From IMG/VR virus record IMGVR_UViG_3300043464_000631, positions 1-62,546 of that record: a stretch of 62,546 bases of DNA; one strand, 5' to 3'. This DNA comes from a virus (taxonomy: Duplodnaviria; Caudoviricetes). A model generated the notes under the pieces. That model was not told the origin of the DNA. It saw only the letters and a program-made list of their open reading frames with translations, and did no database searches. Shown here one piece after another: positions 43,805 through 55,300 of the stretch. The translations under genes were made by a program, and so were the position numbers. Numbering within the stretch: position 1 is the stretch's first letter; every line of letters begins with the position of its first letter.

Positions 43805-44383
43805 ATGGCTATTTTCACTTCGGAACTGTTCAACAACGGCGGTCTCCCGTACCGCCCCGTTGAGCAAGGCTCTGTCAGTTCCATCACTGCTCGGGTGGTT
43901 ATCCCGGCTGGCACCGCGCTGCTGAGCGGCGATGTCATCAAGTTCCTGCGTCTGGCTCCCGGTGTTCAGATTGTTCGTACGCTTCTGCGTAACGACGATC
44001 TCGACACCAACGCCTCCCCGACCCTTAGCTCCACGGGTCTGGGTTTCCAGCGCACGACTGTTAACGCTCGTAAGGCGTTTGATGCCACTACCAACCCGTA
44101 CCTGACCGACTCGATTGCCTCGGCTGTTCCAGAAGCAATTCTGGCGGCTGGCTCGGTCGATACCGCTCTGCGCTCGGCCAGCAGCACTCAGACGATTCCG
44201 GTTGTTGCAGCTACGGCCGGCACTGTTGACGTGGCAATTGTCCTGGACGCCAACGCGGCTACCAACCCGGCTACGGCTCGTAACCTCGAACTGACGGTTG
44301 AGTTCGTTGGTCCGCAGCGCACGCTGGGCGAGTTCTCCGGTGCTAATGTCTATGACTATCAGGACAACAGCTCGGGCATCTAA
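43805..44383 (+). CDS. Putative capsid decoration / minor virion protein
   Basis: Directly after the capsid gene, before the terminator, strong RBS. Confidence 0.6.
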   Translation: MAIFTSELFNNGGLPYRPVEQGSVSSITARVVIPAGTALLSGDVIKFLRLAPGVQIVRTLLRNDDLDTNASPTLSSTGLGFQRTTVNARKAFDATTNPYLTDSIASAVPEAILAAGSVDTALRSASSTQTIPVVAATAGTVDVAIVLDANAATNPATARNLELTVEFVGPQRTLGEFSGANVYDYQDNSSGI

Positions 44384-44427
44384 CGGAGTAACACCTCGCC
44401 ACAAGGACTAGTGGCTAACATAAGACG

Positions 44428-44472
44428 AGGGGAGGGGGAGGCTAAACACCTTCCCTTCCCCTTTTCTTTTTC
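44428..44472 (+). terminator. Rho-independent terminator after the capsid genes
   Basis: GGGGAGGGGGAGG...CCTTCCCTTCCCC followed by TTTTCTTTTT. Confidence 0.75.
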
Positions 44473-44528
44473 AAACCTCAAAATGGGCCAACAACAATGG
44501 CCTCGTTTCCATTAAGGAGATCACACAT

Positions 44529-45269
44529 ATGAGTAACAAGACTGTTAACCTGAACGGTAAGACCTTGGCTGAGCTGAAGAAGATGGCACAGGCCCTGAAC
44601 ATCTCTGGTCGCCCTTCTTGGGGTGAAGAGGATTATCGCCGAGCTATTGTCAATCGCCAGAAGAACAAGGTCGTGGCAAGTGTCGTCAACGACATGAACA
44701 CCCCCATTCCTCCGGGCTTCGCCCGCATCTCTATTGCCGAGACGGACCAGAATGGCAACGACACCCCCGTTCAGTGCCTTGTGAATAAGTTTGCTACGAT
44801 CATCCCGCGAGGCGTGATCGTGGATGTACCTGTAGAGATTGTTGACGGTGCTCTCAACGATTGCACTGATTGGATCACCAAAGAAGTAATCGATCCTGCC
44901 ACTGGTCAGAACACTGATACGCGAATTGAAGTTAAGGCGATTGCTTTCCGAGAGTACAACCGCAACCCCGGTCCTTCGGTCATCAAGTCGCTACTTACCG
45001 AAGAAAAGCTGACTGTTCGCAACCAGTATCTTGCTTTGTACGGCCGCTGGCCTACTCGTAAGCAGGAGGCCGAGTTTGCAGCTCTGCTCCGCGAGAAGCT
45101 CGGTGATGCGCGTCTTGATGCATTTATCGAAGCCCAGCGCCAGCGTGAGCTGGAGAAGGCCAAGGTCGAAGTGGAAGCCGCCATGGCCCACATGGACGTG
45201 GTTGAGAGCGCTCCGCGTAAGCCCGGTCGCCCTAAGAAGGTTGAGTTCAACGACTCGGAAGAAAGCTAA
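44529..45269 (+). CDS. Protein with N-terminal Rho-N-like domain
   Basis: LNGKTLAELKKMAQALNI; IPRGVIVDVP; C-terminal RKPGRPKK. Confidence 0.65.
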   Translation: MSNKTVNLNGKTLAELKKMAQALNISGRPSWGEEDYRRAIVNRQKNKVVASVVNDMNTPIPPGFARISIAETDQNGNDTPVQCLVNKFATIIPRGVIVDVPVEIVDGALNDCTDWITKEVIDPATGQNTDTRIEVKAIAFREYNRNPGPSVIKSLLTEEKLTVRNQYLALYGRWPTRKQEAEFAALLREKLGDARLDAFIEAQRQRELEKAKVEVEAAMAHMDVVESAPRKPGRPKKVEFNDSEES

Positions 45270-45294
45270 CTAACTAGGAGGATAACGAGAGGCG

Positions 45295-46230
45295 ATGGCA
45301 ACTTTTCTAGAACTTGTCAACAAAACAATTAGATCGGCTGGTGTGGAGTTGGACGAGTTGCTTGTGGGTGACTTCGCCTCTCCCTCCGACCCACTTCAAG
45401 CTAAGTTCAAAGAGTGGGTAGCCGATGCTTGGTTCGAGGAACAACTGTCCCGAAAGGACTGGGAGTTCACTCAAAAGCTAGGCCAGACTGACATCAACCC
45501 GCGTGTGTTGATTGTCGATGGAGATCACCCCCACACCACTATCGTGGGGGCTACTTTCGAGGGAGACACTTCTGGATTTGAGTTGACTGTCAAAGCAGTT
45601 GACATTCTTTCCGGTAGTTTCAACGCTGGTAACGCTCAGGCCATTCTTGACCTTGAGCCCCTCACCTCTAACAACTTCATCCCCGGTGAACTGTTCGATG
45701 AAGTTGACCCCGACCCCTTGAATGTGAATGTGTTCAAGGTGCGATGGGAAGCGTATTACGACTTGGTCACGGATACGACAGGCAGCTACGAAGTCAGCAA
45801 GTCTTCGTTCTACATCGTTGACCCTGAGACTGGAGCGGATCGTAACCGTCTCAAGTGGATTTCGTTCGAGGAATACCAGAACATAGCAAACCAAGGCACG
45901 GGGTACTTCGGAACTCCGACGTACATTGCCGAGACACCTGACGGTCACTACACGTTCTTCCCTCGCCCCAACAAGCGTTACCGCTTGACCTTTACGTACA
46001 CAACTATCCCTCAGACGCTTGTAGACGATGACGATGAACCGGCATGTCCGGTGGAATATCACGACGTTATCGTGTATCGAGCCTTGATGAACTACGCAGA
46101 CTACGACGAGAAACCTCAAGTGTTCGCTCGTGCCGAGCGTAGGTACAACTTGTACAAGAACCGTCTTAACGTCAACAAACTACCTGAACTGAAGTGGGGT
46201 GCTAACCGATATGAGGAGTGTCAATTCTAA
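45295..46230 (+). CDS. Head-tail adaptor / tail tubular protein A-like
   Basis: TFLELVN N-terminus, DWEF, PVEYHDVIVYRAL; position. Confidence 0.7.
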   Translation: MATFLELVNKTIRSAGVELDELLVGDFASPSDPLQAKFKEWVADAWFEEQLSRKDWEFTQKLGQTDINPRVLIVDGDHPHTTIVGATFEGDTSGFELTVKAVDILSGSFNAGNAQAILDLEPLTSNNFIPGELFDEVDPDPLNVNVFKVRWEAYYDLVTDTTGSYEVSKSSFYIVDPETGADRNRLKWISFEEYQNIANQGTGYFGTPTYIAETPDGHYTFFPRPNKRYRLTFTYTTIPQTLVDDDDEPACPVEYHDVIVYRALMNYADYDEKPQVFARAERRYNLYKNRLNVNKLPELKWGANRYEECQF

Positions 46231-49200
46231 AGTGAACCCTCCGGTAGAACTGGAGAATGATGGGATCACTCTTAACTCCGGTCTTGATCTGGTGTCCTCC
46301 AACTTGATGGTGGACAAGGGTGCCCTTCGGGATTGTGAGAACTTTGAGGTTGTGGATCGACTCGGCTATCAGACGGTAGCCGGGTTTGATCGGTTTGATG
46401 GATCACTCTCCCCGGATCAGGTGGAGTTTTGGACGTTCCCCGTGGAGACGGGTGACGGTGTTCCTAGCGTTGGGTCGGTGTTTCAAGCAGCTACGGGTAG
46501 CCCCAACTACGGTGTTACCGTCGCGACGTTCACCGACGAAGACGAGGTTGATTGGGTCATCTACGCACGGTTCGATGCTGACTCGGTTGTTCCGGCTGGC
46601 ACCATCTTGCGTGAGATCGCAGAAGGACTGGTGCTGCCGTTTACTGCTGCGGCTACTGCTGTCAGGTACACGGAATCTCCGATTGTCCCAACGGGAGACA
46701 ACGCCGAAGACATCTACGCAGACTTCCAGACTTGGAACGCTATTCTTCGTAGCCGTGTGGATGCCCTACCTTCCCAGCCCATCGGTGCTCACTGGTATCG
46801 TGATCGACTGTATGTGGTGGCTGACGAGCTACGGCTCGGGTTTGAGAACGCGGGTGGTGTAATCGCTGGCACCCCGTCTGTCACAGTTCGTATCGAACCC
46901 AATATGATCCTCCGTAACCAAGATAATACGTTTTGTTGCCGAGTTTTGAAAGTTACTGTTACCAGTCCTGACCCTGTAACCAATTCGGACTGGGCAGCGG
47001 GTACTGTGGATGGTGTGTTTCTTGTTGAGCCCCTTCCGTTCTACAACGGCCTTACTCTGGTCTTCAACGGCACCCCTCCGACCAGCGGATTGTTTGACGT
47101 GTTAAAGGAAGTCCCTGATGCGTTCAACTGGAACTCAGGCTCCAACGAGTATTTCACCTCGTTGTTCACTGCACGAGCATTGACTGCAAGTGATCCGGTC
47201 CCTGACTACGCCGGTTTGTGGCGTTCCAAGAGCGAGCCGACCGCTGGTTGGGAATACATCGAGTCTGGTTGGAAGGTCAACTACGAGGACGGCACTGACC
47301 AGTTCGGAGAACTGACCCGCATCACCCGAGCCATTGATAACAACTTCTCGTATGCGTCAGACTCATCTGACACCACGGGATTGAATGGTCAAGCAGTCAG
47401 CTTCTTCAACGGGTTCTCCGTACCCGGCGAGGTGTCAACTGTCCGCCCTTCGGGCCTACGTGCCCGCCCCGGTTGGCGAGACACCAACGACCTGACTGTA
47501 TTTGCAACCACCACAGAAGCCCTTGAGACAGCCGATACGCGCTTCCTACAGGCTGACCTTGGCTGGGGTATCTTCGGTAGGTCAACGGCCAACCCTGACG
47601 CTGGCGGGGACGTTCCTCGCTTTATACTCGGCACCCTTGTGGGTGGCTACGAGGATGTGTCGTTTGACGCTGCTGCGGGCATCTCTTGGGGGACCAACAC
47701 CGCCCCTGCCCGATTCCTCAACGCAGGTAACTCGGATGCGATGAGCTACCTCACCTTCGTTAATCTTGGTGAGATTCTCGGTACTCTTCCTCAGAAGATC
47801 AACATCACGGGTATCGCTGTCGAAATTGACTACGACGTTCTTCACCAGTACCAGCAAGAGCGTCCCAACGCTGAAAGCGTAAACTTTGTCCCCAACGCTG
47901 TGTCGGACAAGTTCTCGTTCCAAGCTGCGCTTGGTAAGATCAGCCCCGAGACGGGCAACTTCGAGCTGCTTGGGTCGAAAGAGACTACAACGGTTACGCT
48001 GCCTACAACGCAAGCCGCCTACTCGGATGTAGATACATACACCCCCGGTACTAATCTGACTACCGGCCAAGCTGTTTACGAAGATACTGGACGTAATGCA
48101 GTAGTGGGTGGCTCTACCTCTACTTTCGGCAATACTCGCCTCGACCTCGACGATCTCAACAGTGGTAACTTCGGTATCGTTGTGTGGGGTGGTGCAGTTG
48201 ACTCGGTGTTCCTTACCGATAACACCGCATCTTGGGCACAGGTGGGTAGTGACGTTCCCAACGCGGGCGGCTGGATTCGATTCAAGATCAACCGTCTCCG
48301 AATCAAGCTGTACTACACCCAGCCTGCTGCTCGCTACTACATCACTGACGACTTCGGAGCTACTACCCCGAACGTGTGTTCGGCTGACTTGGTTGCCTAT
48401 TCGGTTCTGAGCGGACAACTTGAGAACAAGAACGCTACCGGAGAGATGCAGTTTGTCAACATCCAACCCGTCACCGGGTTCGGATTCAAGACGTGTATCT
48501 ACCAAGGCGACACCATCCATCAGCTTGACATCGTAGCAGATACTTTGTCTGCCGCTAACCAAGTTGCTACGGTAAGCGGAGCCACGGCGGGTGACGTTGG
48601 GATGGGGCTAAACGGCTTCCCTGCGCTCAAGGACATCGTTGCCGAGGGCTCTCGCTACCAGTTCATTACAGCCAACTTCTTCGCAAGAGAAGATTGGGAT
48701 GGGTTCTACGGTGTAAGTGGTGCGGGTAAAGCCTTCTCATTCGCCGCATTTGATGCGGACAATGATGGTGACGAGGAACAGTACGTCCAGTTCATCACGA
48801 CCAACACCATCGTCTCCGACGAGGATAAACCACGCCACGTAGAGTTCCACCAGTACCACCTAGCCCTCGGCTACAAGGACGGCACTGTGCGCTTCTCTGT
48901 GCCCGGTGAACCCGAAAACTTTGACGGTATAGCGGGTGCTGCTGAGGTGGGCGTAGGTGACCGCGTAACCGGCTTGCTGGCGATGCGTGGCAAAGCCCTC
49001 GGTGTGTTCTGTGAGAACTCGATCTATACCATTCTCGGAGATAGTGCCGATACGTTCAACGTAGAGACGCTGGCACCCAAGACCGGAGCGATTGAGTACA
49101 CGGTTGTGGACATGGGTATTCCGTTGTACTGCGATAACCGTGGTATCTCGACTCTTGAACAAAGCCAGAAGTACGGCAACTTCGTGGGTATTCGTATCAG

Positions 49201-49933
49201 CCAGAAAGTGAGCCCTTGGATTCTTCCTCGGATGACTCGTTCGGATAACCTGTTCTCGTTGAACCAAGGTGCGGGGGTTGTGTGTGCTGTTCCCGTACGA
49301 GCCAAGAACCAATACCGAATCTTCTTCCGAGACGGTAAAGTGTTGATCTTGACTATGAACGGTGATGGCAGCTTGGCATTCACCTACGCCTTGTACTACC
49401 TCAACGAAGACAAGGACGAGTTCCTTGTGCCGATTGCTCACTCCTCGCAAGTAGATGGTAACGGCCAAGAGCGAATCCACATGGCCCACTACAGCCCTCG
49501 CTCCGCGATCTCAGCATCGGACTCAAGGTACGTCTACGAGTTTGAGAAGGGATACGGATTCGACGGTGATTGGTTCGGTGCGTTCTTTGATACGGCGTTC
49601 TTCTACAAAGACCCGTTCCGAGATACGACTGTACGAAAAGTTCGGGCAGATGGCTTGACGAAAGGTTACGGACCGTATACTATTACGGTCGGTGCTGACT
49701 ACGACGAAGACTCGTACTCAGCCACTGATGTCAACATCTCCCTTCCGCGTAATCCAGCGGCTACGGTGAGTGACGACTTGAAGCCATCCACCACGATGGC
49801 AAATGTCGCCAAGGATGGTCGGTGCCTTTCGTTCCGTATCAAGCGGGATGAAACCAAGAAGACGCTTGTACCCCCGACGGTGTACCAAGTTCTACTTGTC
49901 CAGTACCAGAACGGAGGTAAGCGGGACGCTTAA
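46211..49933 (+). CDS. Tail nozzle / tubular protein B-like with large central insertion
   Basis: GLDL, NFEV N-terminus; beta-propeller-like C-terminal third (VRFSVPGEP, DRVTGL); position. Confidence 0.7.
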   Translation: MRSVNSKVNPPVELENDGITLNSGLDLVSSNLMVDKGALRDCENFEVVDRLGYQTVAGFDRFDGSLSPDQVEFWTFPVETGDGVPSVGSVFQAATGSPNYGVTVATFTDEDEVDWVIYARFDADSVVPAGTILREIAEGLVLPFTAAATAVRYTESPIVPTGDNAEDIYADFQTWNAILRSRVDALPSQPIGAHWYRDRLYVVADELRLGFENAGGVIAGTPSVTVRIEPNMILRNQDNTFCCRVLKVTVTSPDPVTNSDWAAGTVDGVFLVEPLPFYNGLTLVFNGTPPTSGLFDVLKEVPDAFNWNSGSNEYFTSLFTARALTASDPVPDYAGLWRSKSEPTAGWEYIESGWKVNYEDGTDQFGELTRITRAIDNNFSYASDSSDTTGLNGQAVSFFNGFSVPGEVSTVRPSGLRARPGWRDTNDLTVFATTTEALETADTRFLQADLGWGIFGRSTANPDAGGDVPRFILGTLVGGYEDVSFDAAAGISWGTNTAPARFLNAGNSDAMSYLTFVNLGEILGTLPQKINITGIAVEIDYDVLHQYQQERPNAESVNFVPNAVSDKFSFQAALGKISPETGNFELLGSKETTTVTLPTTQAAYSDVDTYTPGTNLTTGQAVYEDTGRNAVVGGSTSTFGNTRLDLDDLNSGNFGIVVWGGAVDSVFLTDNTASWAQVGSDVPNAGGWIRFKINRLRIKLYYTQPAARYYITDDFGATTPNVCSADLVAYSVLSGQLENKNATGEMQFVNIQPVTGFGFKTCIYQGDTIHQLDIVADTLSAANQVATVSGATAGDVGMGLNGFPALKDIVAEGSRYQFITANFFAREDWDGFYGVSGAGKAFSFAAFDADNDGDEEQYVQFITTNTIVSDEDKPRHVEFHQYHLALGYKDGTVRFSVPGEPENFDGIAGAAEVGVGDRVTGLLAMRGKALGVFCENSIYTILGDSADTFNVETLAPKTGAIEYTVVDMGIPLYCDNRGISTLEQSQKYGNFVGIRISQKVSPWILPRMTRSDNLFSLNQGAGVVCAVPVRAKNQYRIFFRDGKVLILTMNGDGSLAFTYALYYLNEDKDEFLVPIAHSSQVDGNGQERIHMAHYSPRSAISASDSRYVYEFEKGYGFDGDWFGAFFDTAFFYKDPFRDTTVRKVRADGLTKGYGPYTITVGADYDEDSYSATDVNISLPRNPAATVSDDLKPSTTMANVAKDGRCLSFRIKRDETKKTLVPPTVYQVLLVQYQNGGKRDA

Positions 49934-49979
49934 CGGCTCCCGCTTCACCCCTTAATAACACACAAGGAGATGTGACCAA

Positions 49980-50918
49980 ATGGTTGAGTTGGTGTCAAAT
50001 ACCAATACAAACACGAACTCCCAGTGGGGTACGACAGGTACTCTCGGGAGTCGAGGACTTTATCAACAGGTCGTTCCGCCGCGTAACTCTCAAGCCCAAG
50101 GTATCTACGGTACAGACAACCGAGCGTACACCCGCAACGTGACGGGTAACGAGCTTGTCCAGAACCAGATGCAAGGCTTGATGAACCGTGGTGGGGCTTA
50201 CATGCAAAACGCCGCTAGGCGTGGACTGGAAACGGCTAATCGCCGTGGTCTTCTCAACAGTTCGATTGCAGCAGGTAGTGCCGAGCGTAGCTCGCTTGAA
50301 GCCGCTATGCCAATTGCCCAAGCGGATGCCCAGACCTACGGACGGACCCAGTCCGAGAACATGGGGGCCTTGAACCAAGGTTTGATGCAAGAGCGCGACA
50401 TCATGAACCAGCAGACTATGGAAGGTCTACGACAAGCTGGTGCAGGTATCAACGCAGGTATTCAAGCTCAGCTTGCTCGTGAGCAGATGGCTCTTGATCT
50501 CCAGCGTCAACGTGAGAACCTTGCGTTCTCGGGTGAACAGCAAGGTCTTGATCGGTTCCAGCAGCAACAGCTTGCTCAGTTCGGATTGGGTGCTGATCTT
50601 ACCCGTAACCAGCAGCAGTTCGGATTCCAGCGTAGTCTTGCGGAGCAAGGCTTTGGGTTTGATGCTGCTCGCATGGGTCTTCAGGATTATTACAACTCTC
50701 AGCAAGGCCAACGAGATGTCTTGAACCAACTCACTATGGCGGAGTATGGTATGGGTCTTCAGGCAATGGGTAACTTTTACAATCGAATGGGCGATGAGTT
50801 TTGGGACAACCCCGGTACTATGAATGACCCCTACGTCCAGCAGGCTATCATGAACTTCGGTCAAAGTTTCCGTCCCAATTTCATGAGCTTGTTTAACTCT
50901 ATTTATGGTGGAGGTTAA
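49980..50918 (+). CDS. Internal virion / DNA ejection protein
   Basis: RRGLLNSSIAAG, AMPIAQADA; Q/G/M-rich. Confidence 0.65.
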   Translation: MVELVSNTNTNTNSQWGTTGTLGSRGLYQQVVPPRNSQAQGIYGTDNRAYTRNVTGNELVQNQMQGLMNRGGAYMQNAARRGLETANRRGLLNSSIAAGSAERSSLEAAMPIAQADAQTYGRTQSENMGALNQGLMQERDIMNQQTMEGLRQAGAGINAGIQAQLAREQMALDLQRQRENLAFSGEQQGLDRFQQQQLAQFGLGADLTRNQQQFGFQRSLAEQGFGFDAARMGLQDYYNSQQGQRDVLNQLTMAEYGMGLQAMGNFYNRMGDEFWDNPGTMNDPYVQQAIMNFGQSFRPNFMSLFNSIYGGG

Positions 50919-50921
50919 GAC

Positions 50922-51290
50922 ATGGCTTGGACTGCTATTATTACAGCGGCTATGAGCGCCTATTCAGCTCGACGGGCATCTAGAGGGGCTAAAGAAGAGA
51001 GCCAATTTAACGCAATGATGGACAAAGAATCTGTCCCTCTTGCCGGTTACGAGACGAGGCGAACGGCGGAGTTTGAAAATGCCCTAGCGGAACGCTCTCT
51101 TCAACGAGAGCGAGAACGACGGGCTAGTGCTTTCCGAGGTCTCGCTCGTCAACAAGGTCTTGTCCCACAAAACTATCAGTTCCAAAACACAATTGACATC
51201 CCCAGTCTCCCTGAGAATCCCGTGCCGAATGACGAGGCTTACCGGCGAGTATCCGGTCTGTCCAACTCACAACAGACTCAGGGAGGGTAA
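50922..51290 (+). CDS. Putative internal virion protein
   Basis: Short hydrophobic Ala-rich N-terminus typical of ejection proteins. Confidence 0.55.
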   Translation: MAWTAIITAAMSAYSARRASRGAKEESQFNAMMDKESVPLAGYETRRTAEFENALAERSLQRERERRASAFRGLARQQGLVPQNYQFQNTIDIPSLPENPVPNDEAYRRVSGLSNSQQTQGG

Positions 51291-51296
51291 CACAAT

Positions 51297-51782
51297 ATGC
51301 TCAGTAAAGCACCAGTGACACAAGAAAAAGACGAGGCTGCGGGAAACTCCATTCCGCAGGAAATGCAAGCAGATAAGAAGATTGCAGCAGCCATGCTGAC
51401 CAATGCTTTCTTGTCAGAGCAAGGAGAGCAGTCGGTTGTTGCGGCCCTTTCCAGCCCTGAGCCTGAGAAAGCGATGGCAATGGTAATTGCTCAGATCATG
51501 GAGATGACTTTGACCGAGTCAATGAACACTGACACCCCAATGAGCCCAGAGGTGTGGCTCATGGAAGACGGTGCAATTGACGAAGCTGAGGATGATATTG
51601 AGAAAGTAGCCGAGGCCAACGGTATCGCACTTCCTGATGAGTTTATTGAAGGGGTTATTGATAACGTAGCCGCTCTTCTCCAGAAGCGTGGGGAGGAAGG
51701 CGCTGCTATGGAACAACAGCCGGGACCGCCCCAAGGCGGACCAGCCCCTATGATGGGAGGTATGCCTGATGGGATGGGGTGA
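51297..51782 (+). CDS. Acidic hypothetical protein
   Basis: GGAGG RBS. Confidence 0.6.
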   Translation: MLSKAPVTQEKDEAAGNSIPQEMQADKKIAAAMLTNAFLSEQGEQSVVAALSSPEPEKAMAMVIAQIMEMTLTESMNTDTPMSPEVWLMEDGAIDEAEDDIEKVAEANGIALPDEFIEGVIDNVAALLQKRGEEGAAMEQQPGPPQGGPAPMMGGMPDGMG

Positions 51783-52377
51783 TGCGTGGGCTGGCCTTAG
51801 CCAGCAAGCGTTCGCTGCTACGATCAACTCGCTCGAAGAGCGGGAGCAGCGGAAGTACCAAGATAAACGTGACCAGATTGCACGAAAGGCAGCAGACTCG
51901 CAAGAGCGGAGCCGGCGAGAATACGAAGAAAAGATGCTCAACAAGCGCGCTGCGCTGGACGCTCAGGCCCGTAAAGAAGAACAGCAGTTCCGCATGGGAC
52001 TCAGTGACAAGGAGTTCAAGCAACAGTCTATGCGTGAGGCTGCTACTGCCCAGCGTGAAATGAACGACCCGTACCGCAAGCAAATGATTGCTGAGTCTCA
52101 GGCGCGTATTGGTCAAATGAACCAGCCGGTTATGTCTGGGATGGGTGGTGGTTTGGCGCAGCCCAGAGGGTTGTCCGATTCCCAGATTAATGCAATCCGG
52201 CGTGAGTTCAAGGACGCCAATCCGTCCGACGCCTATCAACAGGCAGTTGCCAAATACGGTCCTGAAGTTGCTCAGATGGCTTTCCCCGGCTCCATCAACG
52301 CGGCTCAGAATGTGGCCCGTGGTCTTGGGTTCCTAGACTCAGCGAGTGACCGAGCCAAGTCTTATCTAAACTTCTAA
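51769..52377 (+). CDS. Putative internal virion protein
   Basis: MGWGDAWAG N-terminus, coiled coil. Confidence 0.55.
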   Translation: MGWGDAWAGLSQQAFAATINSLEEREQRKYQDKRDQIARKAADSQERSRREYEEKMLNKRAALDAQARKEEQQFRMGLSDKEFKQQSMREAATAQREMNDPYRKQMIAESQARIGQMNQPVMSGMGGGLAQPRGLSDSQINAIRREFKDANPSDAYQQAVAKYGPEVAQMAFPGSINAAQNVARGLGFLDSASDRAKSYLNF

Positions 52378-52387
52378 TGGAGTACAT

Positions 52388-55300
52388 GTGAACGAGATTG
52401 ACCGCATCCAACAAGCTATCCAACGTGCTCGTGCTGCCCAAGACCTAGAGGCAGTCGCGGAGCTTGAGGGTTTGCTGACTCAAGCTCGTACTCAAGCCGC
52501 ACTACAAGCACCGGCCTTCAATGCCCAGCAAGGCTTCAAGCTGGAGCCGATGGCCCAAGAGGATATCACTCGCAACCGAGAACGGTACTTTGCTAATCAG
52601 GCGAAGGAGCAGGCTGACATCGCAGCTTCGGAGCAAGTGGGTCTGACCGACATTGGCCGTCGTGGTCTTTCTGGCACGGTTGAAGCTGCCCCCTCTGGTG
52701 TAACTGGCGCTGCCCAGCTAGGTACTGGCGCTTACCTTGGCGAGGCTCGCGACACTGCCCAAGGGATGATCCGTACTGATCCCGGTACTGTTGAAGGGTT
52801 GACTCGCACTATCCAAGGTGTGAGCAACCCCTTCAGTACCTTGGTCGGTATGTTCACCCCCGAGAAAGCCCCTGAGCAACTTCAGCAGGCAGGTCAAGCA
52901 AACCTCGAAGAGACGCTGGCTATCCGTCAGAAGAACGCGGAGGAGATTGCCAAGCTCAAGCAAGCGTACATGGCCGAGGGCGGCTCTGAGTTTGCTGCTG
53001 ATCTAGCCCAAGGTGTAGGTGGTTCTTTGACGAGTGTTGCGCCTCTTGCGGGTGCAGCCATTGTCGGTGGTGTTACCCGCAGCCCTGCGGCTGCTTTGAT
53101 CGCTCAGCGCACTCTTTCCATTCTCCCTGCTACCCAAGCCTACGCTGACTCCTACGCCGAGTACAAGGCACAGTACCCTGAAGCGTCTGAAGAAGATGCC
53201 CAGAAGTACGCCATGTCAATGGCGAGTATCGAGTTCGGCGTTGAGTCAATGATCCCCGGAGGGGCTGGTGGTCTGGCCGGGACTGGGCTGAAGCAAGCTG
53301 CCGGTGCGGTAGCTTCGCGTACTGCTCGCGAGGGTCTTACCGAAGGTGTTACGGAGATTACCTCGCAGGTTGCACAGCGCGAACTTGCTCCTGCCCTTGC
53401 TCCGCAAACACCCGAAGATGCGCTCTACAACGTCGGTCTTGCTACCACGGCAGGCACAGTCTTGGGTGGCCCTATCAACACCGTTGGTGTTGCTACCGAA
53501 AGGGCAGGACTCACCCGCGCGCAGCGCGTGGAACAACAACGTCTGGCCGAAGCAAAGCAAGCTGAAGAACGTCTCCTTGCCGAGATCGCCGCTAGGGATC
53601 GTGCCACGGCTGAAGGTATCGCTGCCCAGAAGGCAGCTGAAGCTCAGGCTCAAGCGGCTGTAGATGCAGCTATGCCCCAGTCTGTCCGAGATAACCTTCT
53701 CGTTCCGAGGGGACCAGTCTCTACCCTAGAAGGTCGTGGCGGTCTGTCGTTCCTTCAAGCGCCTGATCTTGGTGCCCCTCAAGGCCCGAGTTCTACTCTA
53801 CTGGATGCGAGCCGTATCCAAGAAGAACTTGCTGGACCGGCTTCTCCGTTCCTTCCTCGTGCTGAAGGTGTTGACCTTACCACCCCGCGTGGAGAGAATT
53901 CAACCATTCTTCAGCCGACTGAGGCTAACCTTGGTCAGCCCCGTGGCCCGGTGTCCGTGCTCCCGGGGCAAGCACCCCAAGCTGCGCTTGGTCTGGACAC
54001 TCCGCGTGGAGAGGCAACCCCTCTCACCGAGATGTCTCGCCTCCAAGCTAGGCAGCAAGACCAAGCTTCTCAGATCGAAGTTCTTACGCAAGAGCGGGAT
54101 GCGATCTCTGCAAAGGAAACTCCGCTTACTCGCAAAGAGCGGTCACGCATCAAGACCCTGAACAAAGAGATTGGTCGGCTGGCTATCAGCCAAGAGGCTA
54201 CGGCTCGTGCTATCAACGAAGAAGCCGCTCGCCCTCAAGTGACCCAAGATGTTCCTCTTGGTGACTTGGCTCGTACCCAGCTTCCCCGGCTCCCTGAGCC
54301 GCCTGCTCCTCAACCCACTACCACCGTCCAGCCTCAACCACAGATGCCTCCTGTAGAGGCTCCTAGGCCGGTTAGCGAAGCTACAATGGCTCCGGACCCC
54401 GGTACTCGTTCTACGGTCACGCTTTCCAAGCGTGCGTGGGATAACATGTCGCAGGATCAAAAGAACACTTGGCTTCAGAAATACGATCTTGCTAGTACCG
54501 AAGGTCGTCAGGTTGTTCTTACTGGCAAGCCGATCCCTTTTGCCCCGATGGCTCCGGCACCAAGGCAAGCGGCTGAACCCACCACCCAGCCTCCGGCTGC
54601 TCCCATCGTCCGAGAAGATGTCATTGACCTTGAGACGGGACGAGTTACGGGTGAACAGACGGCGGAGGTTGGTGTTCCGGTTAACGATACTCAGCGTCAA
54701 GAGTTGGAGAACTTCTTCAACGACGTAAAGGCCAACCGCTCGGTCAACCTTCCGTCTGACCAGCAAGCGGCGTTCGCTCGTATCATGAACGTCCAAGTTC
54801 CCCCGGAACAGCGTAAGGCTACTCCCCTTCGTCAAGCTCTCTCTCGTGCCCGCACGGCGTGGGATGCCTTGGCTGGTGTGAAGGCTGCTGTGCGTATGGG
54901 TGCTGATCCGAAGATTGAGCGGTACGACCGCTTGATTGATTCACTCACCACCGAGGACATGAAAAACGTTGGGTTCACTCTTCTCCAACCGGAGACGGAG
55001 GCTCGTACTCCGTTCCAGCGGGCATTGAAAGATGACCCGAAGGAACTCCAGACCAAAGGTAGTCACGAGGTTGACCCGGCTACGGGTCGGGATGAAGTCA
55101 CCATTGTGGGTGATGGCTACGCTCGTCGAGATGGTACGGCCACGGTCGAGACTACTCTTCACGAGATTGTCCACGCCAAGGGTGCTGCTGCTATTCGGGC
55201 TGTACAAGAGGGTCGTGAGACTGATCCGGCTATTGTCCGAGCCGTCAATAACCTCAACGATGCTCGTCTCAAGTTGCGGGAAGCTATTCCCAAGAAGGGG

